A stretch of DNA of 64,000 nt from Chloroflexota bacterium (GTDB taxonomy: Bacteria; Chloroflexota; UBA11872; VXOZ01), in assembly GCA_964291655.2 (NCBI GenBank), contig OZ219802.1, forward strand, positions 608,001 through 672,000, read 5' to 3'. A model generated the notes under the pieces. The model ran no database searches. It had not been told where the DNA came from and worked only from the letters and a program-made list of their open reading frames with translations. A program made the translations under genes and the position numbers. Position 1 is the first letter of the stretch. The number at the start of each line of letters is the position of its first letter. Positions 27,346 to 35,722 of this stretch are shown here, piece by piece.

Positions 27346-28350
27346 CTAACTCTTGGCGTCGAGAGCAACTCGGAATCCGATGGCTTGCGGGTCTTGTCTT
27401 TCTGGACTCCCCCGGCTGGCACACCGCGAAAATTGCGTGGGATCCTGCCAGCAGCCGCCGCGCACTACACGGTACCGACCGTATTCTGCTACTTGGGACG
27501 CGATCACGTCACCGCCCTCGGATTCGGGATAGTTTCCTATGAATGATGCCGTCCATTCCGCAACATTCCCGGCCATATCCAAGACGCCATAGGGACTGGT
27601 GCCATCCGGATAGACTCCAACGGGCGTGGGCGCCGCGACACCGCCTTCCCAAACATTGCCACAAGTGTAGGAAAACGTCTCTCCCCAAGGAAACACCCTA
27701 CCATCCGTGCCGCGTGCCGCTTTTTCCCACTCCTCCTCCGTAGGTAAACGATAGGCATTCCCCGTCTCTCCCGCCAGCCAATCGCAGTACCCTACCGCTT
27801 CTTCCCAATTCACGTCCCTCACCGGCTGGTTCAGGATCCAGGGATCAACGGTAGTGCCATCCCAGTAGTCGCGGGGCGGCGCGCCGCCGGCAAGCGCAAA
27901 AGAGCGAAATTCCATATTCGTGACTAGATATCTCCCAATGAAGAATGTTGGGAGCTCAACCGATCGCGCCGGCGTTTCCATGAGCAACGCACCCCGCTGC
28001 GTACGGTGAGACTCCTCATCATCCTCGGTGCCTGCGGGGGCTCCTTCCAGAATCTGGTCTACTGTATCGCTCGCTGTACCCATTGTGAAGACGCCAGCCG
28101 GAATGCGCGCCATCTTGGGTTCTCGCGCGTGAATTCTCGGATCACCAAGAAAAGAGAGGGCTTTCCCCACCGAAACGCGCTCCAACACGCTGTATTGATT
28201 TGGTGTGGCGACCATGCGCGCCAAATCAGTCAGCGCAATTTGCTTCTCGCGCTCACTCAACATCAAGATCGCGCCATGTATTCGCTCCTGCACATTACTT
28301 TGCAGGTCAGACCAGATTTCCTGGCCGAGACGTTCCTCTGCTATGGCCAC
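27346..28350 (-). CDS. SUMF1/EgtB/PvdO (FGE-sulfatase fold) family protein
   Basis: IPAGVFTMG, YLVTN.EF, RLPTEEEWEKAARG, FPWG, DMAGNVAEW, RVVRGG.W and IGFRV. Confidence 0.88.
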   Translation of the reverse strand: MAIAEERLGQEIWSDLQSNVQERIHGAILMLSEREKQIALTDLARMVATPNQYSVLERVSVGKALSFLGDPRIHAREPKMARIPAGVFTMGTASDTVDQILEGAPAGTEDDEESHRTQRGALLMETPARSVELPTFFIGRYLVTNMEFRSFALAGGAPPRDYWDGTTVDPWILNQPVRDVNWEEAVGYCDWLAGETGNAYRLPTEEEWEKAARGTDGRVFPWGETFSYTCGNVWEGGVAAPTPVGVYPDGTSPYGVLDMAGNVAEWTASFIGNYPESEGGDVIASQVAEYGRYRVVRGGCWQDPTQFSRCASRGSPERQDPQAIGFRVALDAKS

Positions 28351-28452
28351 GAGTTGTGTCTCCCACTTACCTGACTAATCTATCGAGCAAGAATGCCCCA
28401 TATAATGTATACAGAATTAAGCGTCAGTGCATTGCTGCGGGGTCGCTACTGC

Positions 28453-28881
28453 CTAAACTTCAGACCGCAGTCGCGCTCGCCTTCCCGTTATACCGGCGAG
28501 CACCCAGCGAACAAAGGCTACTACTGCCAATGCGTCGTCACGAACCTCATTCACGTCAATTCCGGTAGCAATCAAGCCGCCCTTGCCATCTCCCGAGCCT
28601 TTCTGTCGCAATAAGAGGTGCAAGATCACGCCCAGAATGGCAACGCTGCCAAGACGGCGAAATCCCGGCAGCATCCTGCCCGGAACGCGTACCGGCAGCC
28701 GCCCAAAGCCGGCCTCTTGTGCCAGTGCCTGAGAATATGCTACAGGCATGCTCCGACGTCGCAGGATGGTGCCAATAAGGAGGACGTAACCGGGAAGGCG
28801 GCCGCTGAGTCCGTGCATCTGTCTTCGCAACGAATGCGGCAACATCGGTCGATTCTCTGGACGCGACCTAAATACCTGCAT
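28453..28881 (-). CDS. Possible small hypothetical protein with hydrophobic segments
   Basis: Longest ORF in a ~1-kb gap, on the same strand as its neighbours; no recognisable motif and the start is uncertain. Confidence 0.3.
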   Translation of the reverse strand: MQVFRSRPENRPMLPHSLRRQMHGLSGRLPGYVLLIGTILRRRSMPVAYSQALAQEAGFGRLPVRVPGRMLPGFRRLGSVAILGVILHLLLRQKGSGDGKGGLIATGIDVNEVRDDALAVVAFVRWVLAGITGRRARLRSEV

Positions 28882-29375
28882 CGCACTGGCTTCCCTGTTC
28901 CTGGATATGACTAAGCACCACGCCTAGCGCACTCTGCTTAAACTCGCATCAGGCGTACTTCATCGCCAAGAGGGAATAACGCAACCGCACGCGTTGCATA
29001 AGCGCGACAGGGACCCCTCAGCCGGGGCCTCTCATATCCTAAGGCCAACAACGGAAGAGATTCCGCATCTGCCTGAATTGTTGCTTCCCCCATGACTGCG
29101 GCGTGCCGGCTTCGGCAAATGCCTCAGCGCACACCGCTCGCACCTTAGCCACATAGTACTCACGGTACGCGCCAATGGCAAGAAGCTACCACGTGATTCT
29201 TATCTCGCTCTAAGAATCTATAAGGGCAGGATCGTGGCTCTTGCGTGGTTTAAACGAGAAACGGACAAGCTTAACCCTGCGTTGCACTCTGAGCTGCATA
29301 GGTGCCGCCTGTCCCAAGTTGCTCGCCAAGGTGGGGCCGCTGGTCGAGGCAAGGGGCTTGTAGAAATTAAATCCG

Positions 29376-30242
29376 TCATTCGTCTTGTGCTGCTGCAGAA
29401 TCTGACGTCCCTTCTTCAGGCGACTCTTCAGTGTCGGAAGGTAACCGGTACGTACAGACACTATTGAAATCACAATAGCTGCAAACTTTCGGATCCGGTT
29501 GCCGCAACTGCCAGAATGGACGGAAGTCCGCAGACCGGATACCTGCGGCAACGGCGTTCACACGTGCCACGTAGTGCTCGAGGTGCTCCTGCTGATAGCG
29601 AAAATCGAGCCGCTGATACGTGATTTCCTCGCCTTTCACCAGGACATCGAGGCGAACGGGAGGCAGCATGCTGACAAGTGGCAGTTGTCCGGGGCGCTGG
29701 CGCGCCCCCAGCCGCAAAGCATTGTAGCCAAGACTATACGTTAATAATTGTATGTCGTGTGCCAAGTAATCGGCGGGAAAGGGCGAAGCTGCCGTCTTAT
29801 GGTCTATAACCGTGCCTTCCTGGTCGACTAGGTCAACATAGCCAACTATGGGCACGTCCACTCCCGGCACACTGAAGTCGAACCGTTCTTCGATCAGATG
29901 CGGTCGGATGTGCGGGGCAACCTCTTCGACGTAGTATTCGACCAGGTCATACCCCAGCTCGCGTAATTCTTCTACTTCGGCGCGCCCCTCATCATCCAAT
30001 TCGTGCAAGGTGGCGTCGAGAGCGTCATCGAGAACGTCGAACGCCTCTTCTGTGTCGAGTATCCTTCCATCTCGTTTCTGCTTATAGAACATCTCGATGA
30101 CCGTGTGTACGGCGCGGCCAAGCAACTGCGCAGCCGTGCTCGGGACACGAACCCGTTCCGTGTACCGCAGATGGTACATATACGGGCACCGCTCATACGT
30201 GCGGATACTACTCGGAGACAATCGGCGCAACGGGCGTGCCAT
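29376..30242 (-). CDS. PD-(D/E)XK nuclease, RecB/AddB/Cas4-like, with a probable Fe-S cluster
   Basis: LSPSSI..Y..CP, GRAVH, IEERF, GYVDLV...IDHKT, QLLTY and C-terminal CSYCDFNSVC. Confidence 0.88.
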   Translation of the reverse strand: MARPLRRLSPSSIRTYERCPYMYHLRYTERVRVPSTAAQLLGRAVHTVIEMFYKQKRDGRILDTEEAFDVLDDALDATLHELDDEGRAEVEELRELGYDLVEYYVEEVAPHIRPHLIEERFDFSVPGVDVPIVGYVDLVDQEGTVIDHKTAASPFPADYLAHDIQLLTYSLGYNALRLGARQRPGQLPLVSMLPPVRLDVLVKGEEITYQRLDFRYQQEHLEHYVARVNAVAAGIRSADFRPFWQLRQPDPKVCSYCDFNSVCTYRLPSDTEESPEEGTSDSAAAQDE

Positions 30243-30251
30243 CGTCCAAAC

Positions 30252-31268
30252 CTATCCAATTGCGCGGGGTAATCCCACGTCCAGCATTGTCAACAGTCCC
30301 GCTGGCGCCTCTGCCACGCGCGGCGCCATGTTCGCAATCATGGACCACGTCGCCTGGTCGCCGTGGGTGCCGCCCACTACTTCCAAGTGCATCGGCGGGT
30401 TGGCTTCAATGCTGATGCTGTCCCTGCCTGCTGCGGCGGCCATGCTCATGGTGAGATCCAAGACGAGCTCGCGGCCGTGACTGCTGCCTTCGATTGTTTG
30501 ATGAATGCCGGCCACTTGCCCGGCAGCAATGTCGAACTGTTCGGTCACAATGCTTTCCTCTGCGCACACTGGGTCGATTGACTCACGCGCATCCGCAATC
30601 TCCCAGCCCAAACCGGCGGCAATTAAATGGAAGGACTCTCGCAACCCCACGTGTCCAATTCCTCCCTGAGACGCCAATTGAAGAAAGTCAGCCTCTTCCA
30701 TGCCGGAACCGATCTTCTGCTGGAGCGCCAAGCGCCGCTCCCGGGCAGCAACGACCCGAGTGGAAACAACGCGCCGGACATCGCTGCACACCGCCGTTGC
30801 CACGAGCACCAGCGTATCCATGACAAAGCCCGGATTGACGCCGGTGCCAAGGATCGTTACCCCGCATTCTCGGGCCTTGGCGTCGATTTCTCTGGCCAAC
30901 TCCGGGTGGCGCAGCCAAGGGAATGCCAGCTCTTCACACGTACTCACTACATTGCAGCCGGCCGCCGCAATTTCCGTGAGCTGACCGACTACGTCCGGAA
31001 TGTGCGATCCTGTCGCCTGCAATACAACGTCAACTGACTGTGAATCCAGCACGTCGCCGAGTGAGGCCATAACCGGAATTTCCAGCGTCTCATTTGCGCC
31101 GAGAATCTCCCCCAGATCTCTGCCGACCTTCGCGGGATCTACGTCGACCGCGCCGACCACGTGCAACTGGGAACGCCCCAAAGCAGTTTGCACAATGCCG
31201 CACCCCACTGCCCCCAATCCCATTTGCGCAACGCGAATCGGTTCCACGGTCTCCCACTCCTTTGGCAA
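30252..31268 (-). CDS. NAD(P)-dependent dehydrogenase, dihydrodipicolinate-reductase-like / 2,4-diaminopentanoate dehydrogenase family
   Basis: GLGAVG Rossmann motif, NVVSTCEEL, GTGVNPGFVMD, LQQKIG.G, GHVGL and GGTHGD.AT. Confidence 0.75.
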   Translation of the reverse strand: MPKEWETVEPIRVAQMGLGAVGCGIVQTALGRSQLHVVGAVDVDPAKVGRDLGEILGANETLEIPVMASLGDVLDSQSVDVVLQATGSHIPDVVGQLTEIAAAGCNVVSTCEELAFPWLRHPELAREIDAKARECGVTILGTGVNPGFVMDTLVLVATAVCSDVRRVVSTRVVAARERRLALQQKIGSGMEEADFLQLASQGGIGHVGLRESFHLIAAGLGWEIADARESIDPVCAEESIVTEQFDIAAGQVAGIHQTIEGSSHGRELVLDLTMSMAAAAGRDSISIEANPPMHLEVVGGTHGDQATWSMIANMAPRVAEAPAGLLTMLDVGLPRAIG

Positions 31269-31457
31269 GCATTCGAGCTTGCTACTAAATCATCCGACAA
31301 CATGTGACGCAAAAGACCGCCAGTCTTCCCTACGTCACGATATGAAAGTCCGGCAGATCGCCCAAGGCCTCAGTCTGCGGCGAATTGAGCCAGCGCTGGC
31401 GCCGATGCAACCGCCGGCACACACCGACCCTGGCTCAAGGCACGCCGTCCTGGAAGG

Positions 31458-32348
31458 CTAGTCATCGAGATAGAGCCGCTGCAACGTCCTCGCAACAGCC
31501 TCGTGGTCGTCATTGTGGGTATATTCATCGGCAGCATCGCGGGCAGCTTGCGTCGCGTTTCCCACGGCTACACCCAGTCCTGCAAACTGTAGCATTTCAA
31601 TGTCATTTACATCATCGCCGAAGGCCACAACCTGGGCCGGTTCAATTGCCAGATGCGCGCAGAGCCACGTGAGAGCCGTAGCCTTGGAGGTATTGGGACC
31701 TAGAATTTCCAAGGCGCTCTGCCCGTCACGCACGAAGGAACTGGACTCGCGGCCTCGCCAGAATACCAGCGTGTAATCGTGTCCGGTTGACACCAGCGCA
31801 TCGGCCAATTCTCGCAACTCCTCCTCTTCACCCCAGAGCACTATTTCAATTGGATCGGGGAGGTCGGTGACCGTATTGAGATCGACAAAGAGCGATTCGA
31901 GCTCGGGACGCCGCTTGAGCTGTCCCTGCGGACCCCGATGGGCATGCCAGTCACCGTCGAATAACATGCGGTCTCCCGCTGCGGCATTCTCATAGACAGT
32001 CGAGCGCAAGTTTAGACGGCGCGCTTCTTCCACCGCGCGCCATGCCCATTCGCTCGGCAAATAGCTCTCGTAGGTAATCTCGCCGGTATGGTCGCGGATA
32101 ACGGCGCCGTTGCTCAGAATCATATAGAGAGAAATGTCCAGCAGTTTGGGAAGGAAATTCGCGATGATGTAACGCCTGCCGGTTGCTAACGCCACGTAAA
32201 CGCCCTGCCCGGCCAAGCGCTGCAGCGTTGCTTTCGTGTCTGGCGTCACGCCGCCCTGCTTGTCGAGCAATGTACCATCCACGTCGAGGGCGATCAGACG
32301 ATACGGGGTTGTGATTGGGTTGGGAGTCTTCATATTGGCGTACATCAT
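31458..32348 (-). CDS. Cof-type HAD-IIB family hydrolase
   Basis: LIALDVDGTLL, LATGRR, SNGA, SKATAL and AFGDDVNDIEML. Confidence 0.92.
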   Translation of the reverse strand: MMYANMKTPNPITTPYRLIALDVDGTLLDKQGGVTPDTKATLQRLAGQGVYVALATGRRYIIANFLPKLLDISLYMILSNGAVIRDHTGEITYESYLPSEWAWRAVEEARRLNLRSTVYENAAAGDRMLFDGDWHAHRGPQGQLKRRPELESLFVDLNTVTDLPDPIEIVLWGEEEELRELADALVSTGHDYTLVFWRGRESSSFVRDGQSALEILGPNTSKATALTWLCAHLAIEPAQVVAFGDDVNDIEMLQFAGLGVAVGNATQAARDAADEYTHNDDHEAVARTLQRLYLDD

Positions 32349-32354
32349 GCATCG

Positions 32355-32714
32355 TCAATGCGGTAGAAATTCGTCAGCACCGGCGCCGGCTCCATCGTCA
32401 TCATCGGGAATCTTTCCCGACTCCAAATCGCGCACCATGTCTTCATATTCCCCGGGCAGGTCTTCACCGGTCTCCTCACCCATCGCGCGCGCCAAACGTC
32501 CCAGTGCACGCGGGTCGCTCTCATCAAAGCCATCCATGGATGCAGGATCGTCGAACGATACACCGCCCCCGTGCACGGCCACCCGCGAAATCAGGCGCTC
32601 CAAGGACGTAGAAGCACAGTGGGGACACGCAGGATCCTCCACTTGCGAGAAACTGCGAAAGAAGTGTGTCGAAGGTTGCTTGCAGTCTTGGCATTGGTAT
32701 TCATAGATTGGCAT
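32355..32714 (-). CDS. FmdB-family zinc ribbon protein
   Basis: MPIYEYQCQDC...CPHCAS..LERLIS with an acidic tail; AAGGA RBS. Confidence 0.88.
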   Translation of the reverse strand: MPIYEYQCQDCKQPSTHFFRSFSQVEDPACPHCASTSLERLISRVAVHGGGVSFDDPASMDGFDESDPRALGRLARAMGEETGEDLPGEYEDMVRDLESGKIPDDDDGAGAGADEFLPH

Positions 32715-32810
32715 ACGTCTTCCTTACTTTCACGAATACCATGGTCTGCCGTGCGGAAAGAGCCTGCAGGCGCCTTAAGAACCACTTTCGACACCTGCCC
32801 TGTGTTCAAT

Positions 32811-32843
32811 GAACGGGTGGACCGCTGCTTGGCCCACCCGTTC
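32811..32843 (-). terminator. Hairpin downstream of glutamine synthetase
   Basis: GAACGGGTGG...CCACCCGTTC inverted repeat about 70 nt after the glnII stop. Confidence 0.5.
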
Positions 32844-32909
32844 TTGGTTTCCATCGTATGGAGGCAACCTAACCTGAATACACGAGTTCTTCCATCCGGT
32901 TCATCCGAA

Positions 32910-33911
32910 TTAGGAAGCGTCTCCACAAACCGTGTTCAGGATCAACCCCGTTACCAAATACGGATCCATATTGGCGTTCGGGCGACGGTCCTCGATATAG
33001 CCCTTCTGATCAACATCTACCTGCCAAGGAATGCGCACCGAGGCGCCTCTATCGGAAACCCCGTAGCGGAATTCCTTGTAGGAGCACGTTTCGTGCAGAC
33101 CGGTCAGACGCAATTCAATGCGATCGCCATAGTTGACAATATGCTCATCATGGTTGCGGCCCAGCGCTTCAGCGGCCGCAATGCATGCGTCATAGTTTTC
33201 CCGCATTTGCCGGGTGGAGAAGTTTGTGTGGGCGCCCGCGCCATTCCAGTCGCCGAGAACGGGCTTGGGATCCAACCGTGCGCTTACGTCGAATTTCTCA
33301 CCAATGCGGTAGAGCAGCCAGCGGGCGAGCCACACCTGGTCGGCAACCTCGGGCGCACCTACCGGGCCGATCTGAAACTCCCATTGCGCCGGCATCACTT
33401 CCGCATTGATTCCGGAAAAGTCGAACCCCGCTGCTAGGCACGCATCCATGTGTTCCTCAACGACCGGCCGCCCGAACACTTCGTCAGAGCCTACGCCGCA
33501 GTAATACCCTCCTTGAGGCGCCGGAAAACCGTTTTCGGGCCATCCCAGTGGCCTGACTCCGGCAAAGAAGGTGTATTCTTGCTCAATGCCGAACCACATG
33601 TCGAAGTCCGCGTACTTTTCAGCGGCTTTCGCGCAAGCAGCTCTGGTATTCGTAGGGTGCGGGGATAGGTCCGGCAACAGAACTTCACACATGACCAACC
33701 TACTGTTGCCGCCACGAATGGGATCGGGTGCCGAATACACCGGATTCAGGACACAGTCCGAGTCATCGCCGGTCGCTTGATTCGTGCTGGAACCGTCGAA
33801 ACCCCAAATTGGCGGCTCTTCACCTACGGGGACGACCTTCCCTTTTGAGCGCAGCTTGGCTGTTGGCTCCGACCCGTCCACCCAGATGTATTCTGCCTTA
33901 TAGAAACCCAT
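32910..33911 (-). CDS. glnII: Glutamine synthetase type II (GSII)
   Basis: 333 aa; KAEYIWVDG, WGFDGSST.QA, FGIEQEY, PQGGYYCGVG, NAEVMPAQWEFQ, DWNGAGAHTNFST, RLTGLHET and YIEDRRP. ATG 33911 follows GGAGGA. Confidence 0.93.
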   Translation of the reverse strand: MGFYKAEYIWVDGSEPTAKLRSKGKVVPVGEEPPIWGFDGSSTNQATGDDSDCVLNPVYSAPDPIRGGNSRLVMCEVLLPDLSPHPTNTRAACAKAAEKYADFDMWFGIEQEYTFFAGVRPLGWPENGFPAPQGGYYCGVGSDEVFGRPVVEEHMDACLAAGFDFSGINAEVMPAQWEFQIGPVGAPEVADQVWLARWLLYRIGEKFDVSARLDPKPVLGDWNGAGAHTNFSTRQMRENYDACIAAAEALGRNHDEHIVNYGDRIELRLTGLHETCSYKEFRYGVSDRGASVRIPWQVDVDQKGYIEDRRPNANMDPYLVTGLILNTVCGDAS

Positions 33912-34207
33912 CAAATCCTCCCATTGATACTCCAACCAAGCGGTGAGAATTCACCGCTATCCACAACACTGTGCTAGGAAACATAATACAAAACCTCCAA
34001 GATTTTCGCCAATGGCTCCATTCTTGCCAAACTCTTGGCGAAGCACACGAGAATTCTACGCGAATAGAGGGCTCGCCATGGCCATGCGCAAACTCGTTTA
34101 CGCTGCACACCCACTATGGTATGGTATCTACGTAATTCAACCGAATACACTGGTTTGTAGTACCTCAGGTGCCTTGTCAGACCATTTATCTGGAGGAGAC
34201 ACGACGC

Positions 34208-35095
34208 GTGAGAAGATTTGACTATGCTGCACCAACCGAAGTCTTTGAGGCCTGTGCATTGCTGGCCGACCGCGGCGACGATGCGCGTGCTTTGGCAGGC
34301 GGCACAGACCTCATTGTGCAGATGAGGGAGCGCGACCGCAGGGTTCCCCTCGTCGTTAGCTTACGCAATCTTGATGGTTTTAAGGGAATAGCCCAGAATG
34401 CGGACGGTTCACTCACAATCGGCGCGATGGCTACCGGTGATGAGGTGAACCACAGTCCACTCGTGCAAAGCCAAGCCCTCTTTATCAGTGAGGGTGCGGA
34501 GTTGCTCGGTTCAATTCAGATTCGCAACCGCGGCACGCTAGGCGGCAATGTTGGCAATGCGGCGCCAAGCGCCGACGCCGCGCCGCCTCTGGTCGCCGCC
34601 CATGCCACTGCCTGCATTGTGGGTACCAAAGGCACGCGCGACGTTTTGGTTGGTGATCTCATGACCGGCCCGGGGCAGCTTGCGCTGGAACCCGGTGAAT
34701 TAATTCAGTCATTCAATGTTCCCGCCCCGCAGGTGCACACTGGTTCGCGCTACGTGCGTCACGTTCCGAGGCGAGAGATGGATATTGCCGTTGTAGGCAT
34801 TGCGGCACTTGTAACCTTGGAAGAAGACTTGGAGACTATCAAAGATGCCAGCGTGGTGCTTTCCGCCGTAGCGCCCACGTGGCCCCATGCGATTACTGCG
34901 GAGGAAGTTCTGCGCGGCCAACCGGTTTCAGAGCGACTGCTCGCCCATGCCGGTGAAGCCGCGGCAAATGACTCCCAGCCGATATCTGACGTGCGGGCTT
35001 CAGCAGCGTACCGGCGCATGATGGTAGACGTTTACACCAGGCGTGCCCTTACCTCGGCTATTGAGCGTGCCAGGGCGGCGAGTAAATCACATTAG
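34208..35095 (+). CDS. Xanthine dehydrogenase/CoxM family FAD-binding subunit
   Basis: ALAGGTDL, GSIQIRNRGTLGGN, AAPSAD and PISDVRASAAYR; GTG start after GGAGGAG. Confidence 0.92.
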   Translation: MRRFDYAAPTEVFEACALLADRGDDARALAGGTDLIVQMRERDRRVPLVVSLRNLDGFKGIAQNADGSLTIGAMATGDEVNHSPLVQSQALFISEGAELLGSIQIRNRGTLGGNVGNAAPSADAAPPLVAAHATACIVGTKGTRDVLVGDLMTGPGQLALEPGELIQSFNVPAPQVHTGSRYVRHVPRREMDIAVVGIAALVTLEEDLETIKDASVVLSAVAPTWPHAITAEEVLRGQPVSERLLAHAGEAAANDSQPISDVRASAAYRRMMVDVYTRRALTSAIERARAASKSH

Positions 35096-35130
35096 TCAGC
35101 AAGAAATGTACTTTGGAGGCAGCACAAGCG

Positions 35131-35655
35131 ATGGACTATCCGTTGCAACTGACGGTAAACGGCATACCGGTGAAGCGCGTCGTGGAGCCCCAGGTTCGGC
35201 TTCTCGACTTTCTGCGCGAGGACCTGGGCCTCACAGGCACTAAAGAGGGGTGTGGCACCGGCGACTGCGGTGCCTGCACCGTGTTGATAGATGACCAGCC
35301 CCAACACTCCTGCCTCACCCTTACCGTTGAAGCCGAGGGCGCCGAGGTGACGACCGTCGAGGGAATGGCGAGCGGTGATATGCTCAATGAAGTCCAGTCC
35401 GCCTTTGTCTCGGCCGGCGCGACCCAGTGCGGCATCTGCACTCCCGGGTTCGTCGTCATGGCTACCGCCTATTTGCGCGACAATCCCAACCCAACCGACG
35501 ATGAGTTGCGCATGGGTGTCGCGGGCAATCTCTGCCGCTGCACCGGCTACGAAACCATCATGACGGCATTGCATTCCGTGATTGACGGCAAGGTGGAATT
35601 GATCGAGGTGGCTCCGGAGCCTCAGGAACTTGTGCCGGAGCCCGAAGGGGAATAA
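35131..35655 (+). CDS. Xanthine dehydrogenase/CoxS family (2Fe-2S) subunit
   Basis: GTKEGCGTGDCGACTV, QCGICTPG and GNLCRCTGY. Confidence 0.94.
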   Translation: MDYPLQLTVNGIPVKRVVEPQVRLLDFLREDLGLTGTKEGCGTGDCGACTVLIDDQPQHSCLTLTVEAEGAEVTTVEGMASGDMLNEVQSAFVSAGATQCGICTPGFVVMATAYLRDNPNPTDDELRMGVAGNLCRCTGYETIMTALHSVIDGKVELIEVAPEPQELVPEPEGE

Positions 35656-35722
35656 GAGCGGCCCAAAGCGGCCAAACACCTTCCACACTCTGTATACAGA
35701 AAATTCGCGAGGAGGAGAGATC

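Noticed and set aside
27346-29376. Diversity-generating retroelement targeting the FGE/C-type-lectin-fold gene
   Set aside because: I saw no template repeat resembling the 3' end of the gene and no reverse transcriptase in the window.
28900-30242. CRISPR locus next to the Cas4-like nuclease (minus-strand AATTTCTAC near 29360)
   Set aside because: Only a single short match; no repeated units with spacers and no other cas genes.
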